64,000 bases of DNA from an uncultured Solirubrobacterales bacterium (lineage in GTDB: Bacteria; Actinomycetota; Thermoleophilia; Solirubrobacterales; Solirubrobacteraceae), in NCBI GenBank assembly GCA_963818675.1, contig CAWFTE010000002.1, forward strand, positions 1,518,361 to 1,582,360, written 5' to 3'. The notes beneath the pieces are model-generated. The model did not search any database. It was not told where the DNA came from and saw nothing but the letters and a program-made list of their open reading frames with translations. A program made the position numbers and the translations under genes. Shown here piece by piece: positions 7,870 to 17,592 of the stretch (positions within the stretch are counted from its first letter, which is position 1; each line of letters begins with the position of its first letter).

Positions 7870-9864
7870 ATGCTGACGTTGATAGCGGACACGGTTGGGC
7901 GTTCCGGGTCGACTCAGCGCAGCGCACATCTGGTTCCGCTCACTCGTGAGTGGGCGTTATGGCGGGATTTCGCGGTGCGCAGCGCCGGCTTCCCGGTCGA
8001 CGGTCTCGATGCATTCGGCGAGGGGGATGAGCACGCGCGTCTGGGCGGGGTGGCGCGGGACGCGGCGTTTCGCGAGGCGGTGACGTGGCAGAGTCGTGAG
8101 GCGCTCGCGTCGGCCGTTCAGAAGCTCGCCGACGAGGTCGGGGGGAGCCCGGCGGCGCAGCGTCGGCGCGAGGAGGTGGTGGCGAGCTACTGGCAGCGCT
8201 ACTGCGCGAAGAACGACACGATCGGGTTCTTCGGTCCGCTCGCGTGGGGCCAGATCGCACAGGATGGTCCGGCGATCGCGCTGCAGGCGGGTGAGCTGGT
8301 GCACGAGCGCGTCGTGCATCTGGAGGTTTGGGCGGTCGAGGCGATCGCCCGCGCGGCCGGGTTCGAGATCGCCCTGCCGATGGGCCCGCATCCCGAGCGC
8401 GAGTTGCGGGTGCGGCTCGCGCGTGAGCCAGACTCGCGTGTGCGTAAGCGCGGCCTGGCGGCGCTCGAGCGGATCGAGGCGGCGCGCGCCGCGCTGGCTG
8501 AGGCTGGGCGCGTCGGCGTGCTCGACGCGATGAACGCGCTTGATCGGGTGTTCGAGGAGCTCACCGGCCGGCGGGCCGAGCGCGGTGAGCACGACGCGGG
8601 CGGAGGGCGCACCGTCGCGTATCTGGACTGCATGCGCGATCTCGACGTGACGCTCGGGCCCGGAGTGCTCGCGGAGCTGCGGGCCACGCTGCCCGCGGTG
8701 CTCGCGAGCTCGCGCTGGTGGTGCGGGATCGCGAACGCAGCCGCTCAGGACCGCTTGGAGCGGATCGCGACCGCGCAGGGGCCGGGGCCGCTCGCGCCGA
8801 TGATGAGCGAGCTGATGGGCGCGGCGTGGGGCCTGTTCGAGCAACTGGACGTCGAGGCGGCCGAGCTCCAGCGACGTTGGGCCGTCCTCCTGAACGCGGG
8901 CGAGGACGCAACGATCGCCGAGCGCGCCACGACCGCGTTCGCCGACCACCGTCCAGCGTGGCCGCTCTCGGCCTACCAGTCCGCGGACTTACAGATCGCC
9001 GCCGCGGATACCGCAGCCATCAACCGCGGAGAGTTCGGGATTGTGCTCGGCGACCTCCACGGAGGCAGCAACCCGCTCGTCCAGGGCATCTTTGCGCGAC
9101 GGCACCCCGAGCCGGATGCCTTCCACGCGCGGATCGGCGCCGATGTCGGCCCGCAGGTCATGCTGCTCCCTCCGCGCGCCGGCATCGTCCCCATGACCGC
9201 CCGTAACTTTCCGGTTCTCGGCGGACCCAACGACGTGCACGTCGTGCCGGGAGCGTTCGATGTCGCGCCCGAGCAGGGCCGTACGGTCAGCATCCAGGAG
9301 CTGACCGTCGCCGATGGCCACGTCAGCGACCCGGAGGGCTCCTTCCGGATCCCGCTGGCGGAGCTGTTGTGGCTGCCCATCTTCATCTCGGCGATCCGCA
9401 GCTTCGATCCGTTCGGCGCGCGTGACGGCGAACGGGTCACGATCGGGCGCACCGTTGTCCAGCGCGCACGCTGGCAGGCGCCAGCGGCGGAGCTGCCCGA
9501 CGAACCGAACGCGCTCGCTGCCTGGGCGCGGGATCGCGGCCTCCCCCGCCGCCTGTTCGCCCGCTCACCGCTAGATCGCAAGCCCATCTACATCGACCTC
9601 GACAGTCCCGTGCTGCTGCGCGTGCTCACCCGCTTCATCCGCCCCGCCAGGGAACGAGCACCCAGAGCGCCGATAACGCTGACCGAGATGCTCCCGAACC
9701 CCGACGAGTGCTGGCTGCGTGACTCGGCAGGCCGCTACACCAGCGAGCTGCGGGTCGTCGCGCTCGACACCACCCGAAGGCCGGGCCGAGAGGACCGCCA
9801 CGATAACGATGCCGCCGACGCCTCATCCGTAGGCGCGATTGGGAGGGGAGAGACTCGATGCTAA
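7870..9864 (+). CDS. Lantibiotic-dehydratase N-terminal-domain-like protein (LanB / split-LanB / PEARL-like), 664 aa
   Basis: Motifs EWALWRDFAVRSAGFPVDGLDAF, YCAKNDTIGFFGPLAWG and GDLHGGSNPLVQGIF resemble actinobacterial Lant_dehydr_N proteins. RBS GAGAGAGG lies upstream. The gene itself is solid; the family call is unverified. Confidence 0.55.
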   Translation: MLTLIADTVGRSGSTQRSAHLVPLTREWALWRDFAVRSAGFPVDGLDAFGEGDEHARLGGVARDAAFREAVTWQSREALASAVQKLADEVGGSPAAQRRREEVVASYWQRYCAKNDTIGFFGPLAWGQIAQDGPAIALQAGELVHERVVHLEVWAVEAIARAAGFEIALPMGPHPERELRVRLAREPDSRVRKRGLAALERIEAARAALAEAGRVGVLDAMNALDRVFEELTGRRAERGEHDAGGGRTVAYLDCMRDLDVTLGPGVLAELRATLPAVLASSRWWCGIANAAAQDRLERIATAQGPGPLAPMMSELMGAAWGLFEQLDVEAAELQRRWAVLLNAGEDATIAERATTAFADHRPAWPLSAYQSADLQIAAADTAAINRGEFGIVLGDLHGGSNPLVQGIFARRHPEPDAFHARIGADVGPQVMLLPPRAGIVPMTARNFPVLGGPNDVHVVPGAFDVAPEQGRTVSIQELTVADGHVSDPEGSFRIPLAELLWLPIFISAIRSFDPFGARDGERVTIGRTVVQRARWQAPAAELPDEPNALAAWARDRGLPRRLFARSPLDRKPIYIDLDSPVLLRVLTRFIRPARERAPRAPITLTEMLPNPDECWLRDSAGRYTSELRVVALDTTRRPGREDRHDNDAADASSVGAIGRGETRC

Positions 9865-10027
9865 GCACCCTGCACAGCCGACGCGGCCTGGGACGGATCT
9901 GCATCGAGGGGCAAGTCGACCGCGCTGGTGACTCCGGGCTTCGCACTGGGCCTTATTGGCGTCGGTCCGCGTGTACCTCAAGATTGGGTGATCCGCGGCC
10001 AGCGCACGACTGCGACGAGGTGCCGAG

Positions 10028-13000
10028 TTGAGCTGGCGCGCTCGCGACTCGGTGGGGCCACCGCGCTCGAGGGGTCTTCTTCCGAGCTGGCGACGTCGCG
10101 CGCGGAACTTGGCCGGTGTGCGGCACTCCAGGGTGTTGCCGGTCGCGCTGCTGTGCTTGCTGCTGCTGTTGGGGGCCGTGACCGGCGCGTTCGCGGCGTC
10201 TCCCGTCGGGGAGATCAGCACCTACCCAATCCCAACGGCGAACAGCTACCCGTTTTCGATCACGTCGGGACCTGATGGCAACCTATGGTTCACCGAGGCA
10301 GGCTCCAACAAGATCGCGAAGATCACAACCGCCGGGGCGATCACCGAGTACGCCGTGCCGACCGTCAACAGCAGCCCCGAGGGAGGAATCACCACCGGCC
10401 CCGACGGCAACGTGTGGTTCACCGAGCCCGGCGCGAACAAGATCGCCAATATCACTCCCGCGGGAACCTTCACCGAGTACCCCGTGACGACCGCCTCCAG
10501 CTACCCGGACGGGATCACCTCCGGCCCCGACGGCAATCTGTGGTTCACCGAATACAGTACGGACCAGATCGGGAAGGTCACGCCGTCGGGGGTCGTGACC
10601 GAATTCTCGGTTCCCACTGCAGGCAGCGAACCGGATGGGATCGTCGCCGGACCGGACGGCAACCTCTGGTTCACCGAGGCCCATGGCGACCAGATCGGCC
10701 GCATCACGCCATCCGGGACGGTTACCGAGTACCCGGTGCCCACCTCAGGCGCCTTCCCAGAGGGGATTGCTAAAGGCCCCGACGGGAACCTTTGGTTCAC
10801 CGAAGCGAGCGCCGACAAGGTCGCCAAGCTCACCACCTCGGGCACGGTCACCGAGTACGCCGTGCCCGCGGCCGGCGGGAGCCCTCAGACCCCGACCGGG
10901 ATCGCCGCCGGCCCCGACGGGAACCTGTGGTTCACCACCGGTGCCGGGAATCGCGTCGACCAGATCACACCGACGGGAACGGTGACGGGCTACGGCACCT
11001 CCGGGCAGCTCGGAGGCATCACCGCCGGCCCCGACGGGAACATGTGGTTCACCGAAGAGGAAGGAAACGCGATCGGCTCGATCGGCACGCAGAGCGCCAG
11101 CGGGCAGCCGGTCTCCTCCGTCAACCCCAGCTCGCACGCCTTCGGATCGGTCACGCCCGGGCAGACCAGCCAGCCGCTGCCGGTGAGCGTCAAGAACGTC
11201 GGGCAAGCGCCGCTCACCGTGAGCGGCGCACAGCTCACGGGCGCGCAGGCAAGCGACTTCGCGATCTCCGCTGACCACTGCTCAGGGCAGACCGTCGAGC
11301 CAGGCGAGGCGTGCGAGATCGACGTGACCTACTCGCCGGCCAGTGAGGGCAGCTACAGCGCCGCGCTGGCGGTAAGCGACAACGCGTCCGACAGCCCCCA
11401 GAACGTGACGCTCACCGGCACCACTCCCACCGATGCATCCGTCGCGCCTACCAGCATCGACTTCGGCACCGTCACACCCGGCCAGACGAGCGCGCCACAC
11501 GGCGTCACGGTTACTAACACGGGCGGCGCACCCCTCGAAGTGAGCAGCGCTCAGATCACCGGACCGCAGGCGTCGTACTTCGCGGTCGCCCAAGACCAGT
11601 GCTCGGGCCAGAGCATTCAGCCTGGAGGCTCGTGCTCGATCACCGTGACGTTCGGGCCGTCGAGCAGCGGCGGCTACAACGCCGTCCTGTCAGTCGCCGA
11701 CAATACCACCGACAGTACGCACCAGGTTTCTCTGACTGGCTCCACGCCACCCCGCACCCCCCCGCGAGCCACGTTGTCCGCGGCTAGCGTGGACTTCGGC
11801 TACGTCGGGGTGGGCGACAGCGCTGTCCAGACCGTGACCGTCGGGAACAGCGACGGCGACCCATTGCACATCAGCGGAATACAGGTTGGCGGACCAAACG
11901 CGAGTGCGTTTGCAATCTCTGGTAACCAATGTTCGGGACAGACCATTCCGTCAGGCGCCTCGTGTAACGTCGCATTGAGGTTCAGCCCACCGTCCGACCA
12001 AAGTTTTGCCGCGACGCTCAGTATCAGTGACGACGCGAGCGACAGTCCGCAACAAGTGGCACTGACGGGCAGCGGGATCGAGCGTGGCACCCTCACCGGT
12101 CGCGTAATCAACGCCGCGGCCGGGGATGCACCCGCCGCCGGCGTCACGATAGTGCTAACCCGCCCAAACTATACGGGGTATGCTCAGACCGACGCTAATG
12201 GCGTCTACTCGTTTACCCGCCTGCCCGCTGGTAACTGGCACGTGAAGGTGTTTCCGTTGGGTCAGAGCCTTGGCGGCGCGGCTATAGCTACCGTATCCGA
12301 CGGCGCAGTAACGCGGCAAGATTTCTCACTGCGGCCGGCACGGCCGCTGAGCGGCGGAATCACAGTCACAATGCCTGGCAGCGGGGCCTTGGGGGGCTCT
12401 CCGGTGGTCGCGCTGGGCCAGCCATGGACCGTCACTGCGCCCGTCACCATTCCCGCTGGAAAGCCGAACTCCATCAGCGACTTCGCGACTCTGGCCGGAA
12501 TCGGACAGGCCGGCGGCTCCCCAGCCGGAACCGGGTTGAACCTTGCCGGAGTGATCATGTTCGCTGTGCAATACGACGCCCATGGAACGCCCGAACGAAT
12601 GTCAGACGTCATCGCAGCTCAACTGGACTGTGGACCAACTGGCGTACCGTCACCCTGCGGCGGTCTACTCGCCAACGCCGGAAGCGGCGCCACGGCCAGT
12701 AGCGCTCGGCGGCTGACCGCGTCTCAGCACGACGGCCCAATAGCAGTCGCAAGTGGGTGCGCCGGCAGCAGCGGTAATTCAAACGGACAGAGCTCGAGCG
12801 GCGCCACGCAGGGCCAGTTTTACCTGTCGTCCACGCCCGAGGGCGGCGTCACGATCAACATCTACGCCGGATTCGGCGACTACATCCCGATCACGCTGAA
12901 TCCGTTGGTAACCGTGGCGAAGCCGGCCCCAACGGGGAACCCCTTTGAGGACTTCGCGCTGGGGCTGGGAGCGAACGTGGCAAACGGGCTGGGGAACGAC

Positions 13001-13981
13001 ACGATTCCAGGGGCCGGACAGATCAGCAACATCGCCGGCATCCTCAACAGCGTGAACAACGTGCTGCAGAATCCCACGTCAAACGAGGGCATAGCCCAAA
13101 GCCTGAACACCACGGTGCAAATCGCGATCGATCACCTTAGCGACGAGAGTGCTGATGGAGCCATCTACTTCGGTCTCAGCGTTTTCAGCAACGCCGTTGG
13201 GGAGTTGCTCCCGCCCGTTCCCCCGAACTCGGGCGCGGAACCTGGGTCCGGTCCATGCAACGGACCGGGCGGTGGCGGCGCCGGAGGAGCCGGAGGTGGC
13301 GGAGCCACTGGAGGCGCTGGAGGCGGAGCTGGCGGCTCGGGCGGCGACCTCTATCTCGACCCGAGCGGCTTCGTGACCACGCCCAGCGGTGTGCCCATCG
13401 GGCATGCGAAAGTCACACTAACGCGCTCTGCCAGACGGAAAGGCCGCGAGGTACGCGTTCCGGCCGGGAGCCCGCTGATGTCACCGTCTAACCGACGAAA
13501 TCCGGACTTCACCAGCCTCTCGGGAGCCTTCGGCTGGGACGTCCTGCCCGGTTACTACCAGATCACCGCCACGCGACCGGGCTGCCGAGCGACCAACGGG
13601 GCTCGCACTCAACGCACGCCGGTTGAGGCCGTGCCGCCACCGGTCGAGAGGCTCGTCCTCAGACTGCGCTGCCCCGGTCTCAAGCGCTCGGCTACAGAGA
13701 CGTCGCTTAAGGCGATCAGGGGCCCTGAACACAGTCTCGTCTTACGCGTAAAAGTCAGCGCGAGTTCCCCGCGCCTGCGCCGGAGATCCCGAGCCACCCT
13801 CGACGGTGAGCTTATATTCCGCCTAGGCCGTCACCTCCTGGCCACGCGTGCGCTTGATCCACGCACCGGGAGCGCCATCCTTGACCTCCCCCCGCTCCGC
13901 CCAGGTACACGCACGTTCACGGCAACGTTCGCCGGAAATGCCGACTTCGTTCCGAGCCGGGCTACCCTTCGCGTCCGATGA
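10028..13981 (+). CDS. Giant secreted multidomain protein: Vgb-like (virginiamycin B lyase-type) beta-propeller repeats, 4x choice-of-anchor-D-like, CarboxypepD_reg-like, Gly-rich linker, second CarboxypepD_reg-like, C-terminal Ig-like
   Basis: Signal peptide VLPVALLCLLLLLGAVTGAFA. About 8 repeats of the form ITSGPDGNLWFTE...IGKITPSG.VTEY.VPT. Repeated DFAIS..CSGQT..PG..C modules. The tail is TFTATFAGNADFVPSRATLRV. The true start may be GTG 10118. Confidence 0.85.
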   Translation: MSWRARDSVGPPRSRGLLPSWRRRARNLAGVRHSRVLPVALLCLLLLLGAVTGAFAASPVGEISTYPIPTANSYPFSITSGPDGNLWFTEAGSNKIAKITTAGAITEYAVPTVNSSPEGGITTGPDGNVWFTEPGANKIANITPAGTFTEYPVTTASSYPDGITSGPDGNLWFTEYSTDQIGKVTPSGVVTEFSVPTAGSEPDGIVAGPDGNLWFTEAHGDQIGRITPSGTVTEYPVPTSGAFPEGIAKGPDGNLWFTEASADKVAKLTTSGTVTEYAVPAAGGSPQTPTGIAAGPDGNLWFTTGAGNRVDQITPTGTVTGYGTSGQLGGITAGPDGNMWFTEEEGNAIGSIGTQSASGQPVSSVNPSSHAFGSVTPGQTSQPLPVSVKNVGQAPLTVSGAQLTGAQASDFAISADHCSGQTVEPGEACEIDVTYSPASEGSYSAALAVSDNASDSPQNVTLTGTTPTDASVAPTSIDFGTVTPGQTSAPHGVTVTNTGGAPLEVSSAQITGPQASYFAVAQDQCSGQSIQPGGSCSITVTFGPSSSGGYNAVLSVADNTTDSTHQVSLTGSTPPRTPPRATLSAASVDFGYVGVGDSAVQTVTVGNSDGDPLHISGIQVGGPNASAFAISGNQCSGQTIPSGASCNVALRFSPPSDQSFAATLSISDDASDSPQQVALTGSGIERGTLTGRVINAAAGDAPAAGVTIVLTRPNYTGYAQTDANGVYSFTRLPAGNWHVKVFPLGQSLGGAAIATVSDGAVTRQDFSLRPARPLSGGITVTMPGSGALGGSPVVALGQPWTVTAPVTIPAGKPNSISDFATLAGIGQAGGSPAGTGLNLAGVIMFAVQYDAHGTPERMSDVIAAQLDCGPTGVPSPCGGLLANAGSGATASSARRLTASQHDGPIAVASGCAGSSGNSNGQSSSGATQGQFYLSSTPEGGVTINIYAGFGDYIPITLNPLVTVAKPAPTGNPFEDFALGLGANVANGLGNDTIPGAGQISNIAGILNSVNNVLQNPTSNEGIAQSLNTTVQIAIDHLSDESADGAIYFGLSVFSNAVGELLPPVPPNSGAEPGSGPCNGPGGGGAGGAGGGGATGGAGGGAGGSGGDLYLDPSGFVTTPSGVPIGHAKVTLTRSARRKGREVRVPAGSPLMSPSNRRNPDFTSLSGAFGWDVLPGYYQITATRPGCRATNGARTQRTPVEAVPPPVERLVLRLRCPGLKRSATETSLKAIRGPEHSLVLRVKVSASSPRLRRRSRATLDGELIFRLGRHLLATRALDPRTGSAILDLPPLRPGTRTFTATFAGNADFVPSRATLRVR

Positions 13982-14042
13982 GTCCGGACCAAACAGAGGG
14001 CCGTGCGGAACCATCGCGCCCCTCCCGGACGGCGAGCACTAG

Positions 14043-14213
14043 CCCCTGCCCCCGCGGTCGACGCTGGAATCCCTGGGCGAGCTGCGATATCACCCGCTTA
14101 TCCAACACGCGCATGTCGGCACCACCTCGATCTATCTACACGGCATCGACACCAGCGAGATCATCAACACCGTCCACGACCGTCGCCCACTGGTGATCCC
14201 GGCAAGCGCCGGG
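14043..14213 (+). pseudogene. Tyrosine-recombinase (integrase) 3'-terminal fragment
   Basis: The frame opens right after a TAG and reads ...ELRYHPLIQHAHVGTTSIYLHGIDTSEIINTVHDRRPLVIPASAG. This matches the C-terminal ...IQRQLGHA.LGTTSIYLQGID..EII.TVH.RR.P.IP region, including the catalytic Tyr. There is no N-terminal part and no start codon. Confidence 0.6.
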
Positions 14214-14269
14214 CACGCCGCAAGCTGGTGGTCGAGGAAGGGCTGGTTGACCTGGTGGCCGATCGCGAC

Positions 14270-14440
14270 CAGCGGCTCCCAGTTGGCGTCGGTGAGTCGT
14301 CGGCCGATCCCGAGTCGCGCGTGTCGTTGACGGTCGTCTCGGTTCTGAGCGCGCGGCCCTCTTGAAGTATTGCTTGACCTTCGAGGCGCGGTAGCGGACC
14401 TGGATGGCGGGCTCGACCGCCTTATTGAAGATCTGGTTTG
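14270..14440 (-). pseudogene. Transposase-derived fragment requiring two frameshifts
   Basis: Joining three frames gives ...RYRASKVKQYFK|EGRALRTETTVNDTRD|LGIGRRLTDANWEPLVAIGHQVNQPFLD, a motif pattern I associate with an actinobacterial DDE transposase family. No intact ORF exists. Confidence 0.5.
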
Positions 14441-14567
14441 AAACCGCCCCGGGGTTTGGCGCGAGACGCGCCGCCGAACACGAGCGCGACCTTCGGCACG
14501 ACTCTACGCCCGGCTTCTCCTCGGCATAGCAACTCCACATCGTCAGGCGTTGCGACACCAGTTGAAT

Positions 14568-14921
14568 TCAGGCCATCATCGCCGGGTCATACGGAGCGCG
14601 GCCCGCCGCACCCAACCGATACCCCTCCCGGAAGCGGACCAGATCCATCTGATCAACAGCACCGAGAGCCGTCCACACCAAGTCATCCTCAGGCAGCCGC
14701 TCCACCAGCGACGGCGGCATCAACAACAAATGACCGCGCTCACACGAAACGAAATCTCGAGCCATACCGGGAAGCGTCTCAACCCGGGCAGACGACGCCG
14801 ATATTCCGACAGCCCTGGGGCGTGGATCGGCAGCGTGCGGAGAGGCCGACGCGTCATCGGACCTCGTGGCTGATGATGTCCGGATAGCGGTCGCCTTCGA
14901 CGGCGCGTCGGCCGTCGCCAT
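14568..14921 (-). pseudogene. IS5/IS1182-type transposase N-terminal (InsH/DUF772-like) fragment ending in a premature stop
   Basis: ...RGHLLLMPPSLVERLPEDDLVWTALGAVDQMDLVRFREGYRLGAAGRAPYDPAMMA* matches the conserved N-terminus. The expected continuation (LLLYAY...) is absent. Confidence 0.6.
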
Positions 14922-15310
14922 CGTGGCTGCTTCGTCCGCGAGCAGCGCCGAGTCGACGGAGAGCGCGTGGTCGCAACCGCGGGTCGCGACAGTGGGTCTG
15001 GGGACTCCTGCTGGGCGATACCGGGTGCCCGGTCCGACCGGAGCTTGGGCAGAACTTCATTCCGAGGCGCGCGTCAGTCATCAGGAGTTCTGCCGAAGCC
15101 AGCGCGGAGGTCGGTCGGCCTCGTTGGCTCGTGCGCGAGTGATCCGAGCTCCGAGCGCCCGGCGGCTGTCGCAGGGCGCGCGCCTTTGGTTTGAATGCAA
15201 GCGCCAGCGGGAGCGGTGGCTTGACGGCCCGAGTGGGACGGGTTAGCGTCACGGCAGTGCGCATGCCGGGCGGGAGCAGGCGTCCGTATCACATCTCTAA
15301 GGAGGCTTCG

Positions 15311-15778
15311 ATGACCAGCAGGCTCCACCGCCGTGCACTGGGTGCGGTTGCCCTTATCGCGCTCGCCGCCACCGCCGGGGGCGCAGCCGCCTTTGCGGCT
15401 ACGCCGATCAAGGGGGCGACGTATGAAGGGACGATTGCCCGTACGTCCACCGTCAGGTATCCGATCAGCTTTAAGGTGAGCGCAAACGGAAAGCGCGTGA
15501 CCAATTTAACGCTCGGGATCGGCTACCCGGGCTACCCGGTGTACTGCGGAAGCGGCGCCGGGTTCGGCGCGGCGCAGCGAGCGTCGGGGACGATCACCAA
15601 GAAAGGGACCTTCGATGTCAAGCTGCCGATCTACTTCGCGCCCCGCCACCAGCACCAGGGGTTCGTGATCATCACCGGCAGCTTTGCCAAGCACGGCAAA
15701 GAATCGGGCAAGGTGAGGACCGACTTCACCCACGACAACCGCTGCAACGGGACCTCGCACTACGCGACCACCGGGTGA
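15311..15778 (+). CDS. Small secreted hypothetical protein (155 aa)
   Basis: AAGGAGG RBS 5 nt upstream of ATG 15311. Signal peptide RRALGAVALIALAATAGGAAAFA. Confidence 0.6.
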   Translation: MTSRLHRRALGAVALIALAATAGGAAAFAATPIKGATYEGTIARTSTVRYPISFKVSANGKRVTNLTLGIGYPGYPVYCGSGAGFGAAQRASGTITKKGTFDVKLPIYFAPRHQHQGFVIITGSFAKHGKESGKVRTDFTHDNRCNGTSHYATTG

Positions 15779-16000
15779 TTGGCCGGCGGCCACGCCCGGG
15801 AGGAGCGCGTCGAAGAAACCTGACCTGGCGGCGGCGTGACGTCGTCGCCAATGGCCCAAGCCGCGCGCATGCCTTCGATAGTCGCGCGGCGCTCTGCCCG
15901 TCCCCGCATCTCGAAGGGGCCGTAGGAGCCGACGCTCGCACCCCGCGGCGGACCTAAAGCGTCCGAGTCGAGAAGGAAGCTCGGTGCGACACAGAGTGCA

Positions 16001-16939
16001 TTGACCACGACGGCTAAAGCTGCTCTGATACGCGCAGTGGGTCTTGTTCAGAAGCTGAGCCGGTCGCGTGCTCTAAAGGTGATGCCCGTCGTTTGCGCGG
16101 CGGGTCTGGCGGCATCCGCCGCTGCCGGCGCGAGTTTTAGCGAGATCACCGGACGGGTGACCGGGCTGCCGACGAATCCGCTCCTCTCGACCGTGATGGT
16201 TCTGAACCCGCACGGGGCGATCGCGCAGATCGCCCCGCCGGCTTCTTCGGGCAGGTATCGATTCTTCCTTGCGCCTGGCACGTATCTGGTCGCCGCCGGC
16301 GCCGCGAGCGCTGCGAGTGCGGGCGCACACAAGGCTCACTTGTTCTTGGCGGTCAGCACCCCGGTGCGGGTGCGCTTCGGTAAGCAAAGCACGAGAGGGC
16401 TTCATTTGAAGGCCATCAAGAAGGCCACCGATGCGAGCGCGGCCGCGCAGATCCCTCTCGAGGACGCGATCGTCACGGTCGGCAACATCCCAATCCTCGA
16501 CGACCGGGCCGCACCGACACTCGTCGGCGGCAACGTCGGATTCCACACGGCGACGATACTTTTCGATCTGTGCTCCCGTGTGAGAACTCGGTTCGTCGAG
16601 ACCTCTCCCGAGATCGTCGCCAGGGAGAAGCAGGAGCTCGCCCTCTCGCGGGCAGGCAAGTTGAGCACTCCATTCGACTTTCGGCCACTGAAGCCACGGT
16701 TTGCGATCACAGGTTCGCTCACCGTGGCTCCCGCCACGCAATCAGGCGCTCCGCCTAATTCCGACCAGGCCACCTTCGAGCTGGACGCGACCAGGCTGGG
16801 CGGTGGAGGGACCGTGGTTCATACCAAGTTCGTCGTCCCGCAAACAATGGTCGATGACCCGCGCGTGCTCCAGGGAATCGTGGACGGGGGCGCCGAGAAG
16901 TTCGCCGGGGCGGCTTGCGGGCGCGGCACGCCGTTCTGA
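16001..16939 (+). CDS. Secreted hypothetical protein; N-terminal CarboxypepD_reg-like segment, C-terminal half weakly reminiscent of CsgG/LpoB-type modules (unverified)
   Basis: Signal-like MPVVCAAGLAASAAAGA (alternative start ATG 16082). GRYRFFLAPGTYLV motif. No firm family call. Confidence 0.5.
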   Translation: MTTTAKAALIRAVGLVQKLSRSRALKVMPVVCAAGLAASAAAGASFSEITGRVTGLPTNPLLSTVMVLNPHGAIAQIAPPASSGRYRFFLAPGTYLVAAGAASAASAGAHKAHLFLAVSTPVRVRFGKQSTRGLHLKAIKKATDASAAAQIPLEDAIVTVGNIPILDDRAAPTLVGGNVGFHTATILFDLCSRVRTRFVETSPEIVAREKQELALSRAGKLSTPFDFRPLKPRFAITGSLTVAPATQSGAPPNSDQATFELDATRLGGGGTVVHTKFVVPQTMVDDPRVLQGIVDGGAEKFAGAACGRGTPF

Positions 16940-17592
16940 GCTCGAACTGATCGGTCAGCGAGCGCCTGCCTCCGCACTGAGGTTCAGACGCAGCTCACTC
17001 CCTACACCGTAGCCGATCGTGTCCGGAAGCAATGGCGCGCCGGGGCCGATACGGACTCCAGATCGCGGTCGGATTGCGAGCGAAGCCGTCCCGCGGATCG
17101 GTCCCTGGCTGCGACCGGAGCAGGCGCGTCGAACCTTGCGGCTGACCGGTGCTTCGGTGACGCACCGCCCCGGCCGGCCGCTTGCTCGGACAGCCGGCGA
17201 GCGCGCCTGAGCAAGCACCTCACACGCCGCCGCCTGCTCCTGGGCCTGCCGGAGCGGTAGTCGACCTGACGTCCGCGTCGAGACACGTCGACGCGTGGTC
17301 CACACGGGCGGTGCAATAGTCGGCCGCGCTCGACGCGGCGGCTGGTTGTCGTCCGCGGCGAAAGTCTCAGACGCACCGATCAGGCGCTCGGCAGCTCTCG
17401 CACTTCTAGCGAGCAGCACTGAGAGTTTGCTTCTGCAAATGCTCGCCGACTGGGACCGAGCGACACCACCCGCGGCTCGTTCCCGGCGGTGTCAGGGCGC
17501 ACTTTGTCATAGCCCAAGTCGCCGAGCACGGCCTCCAGCCCGCTCAGCAACGTGTGCTCGGTGCCGCGCCCACGAAACGCTCGACGGGTTGG

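Noticed and set aside
9858-10031. 57-codon ORF (MLSTLHSRRGLGRICIEGQ...) whose ATG overlaps the LanB-like stop and follows GGGAGGGGAG; considered as a RiPP precursor
   Set aside because: Third-position GC is only about 60%, far below genuine genes here. The peptide has no leader/core features I recognise, and the ORF runs into the start of the next gene. It is worth a tBLASTn check but is not supportable as a feature.
13255-13340. Gly-rich tract (GGGGAGGAGGGGATGGAGGGAGGSGG) as a PE_PGRS-like or collagen-like repeat
   Set aside because: It is a short, single low-complexity linker between two folded domains of the giant protein, with no periodic repeat structure.
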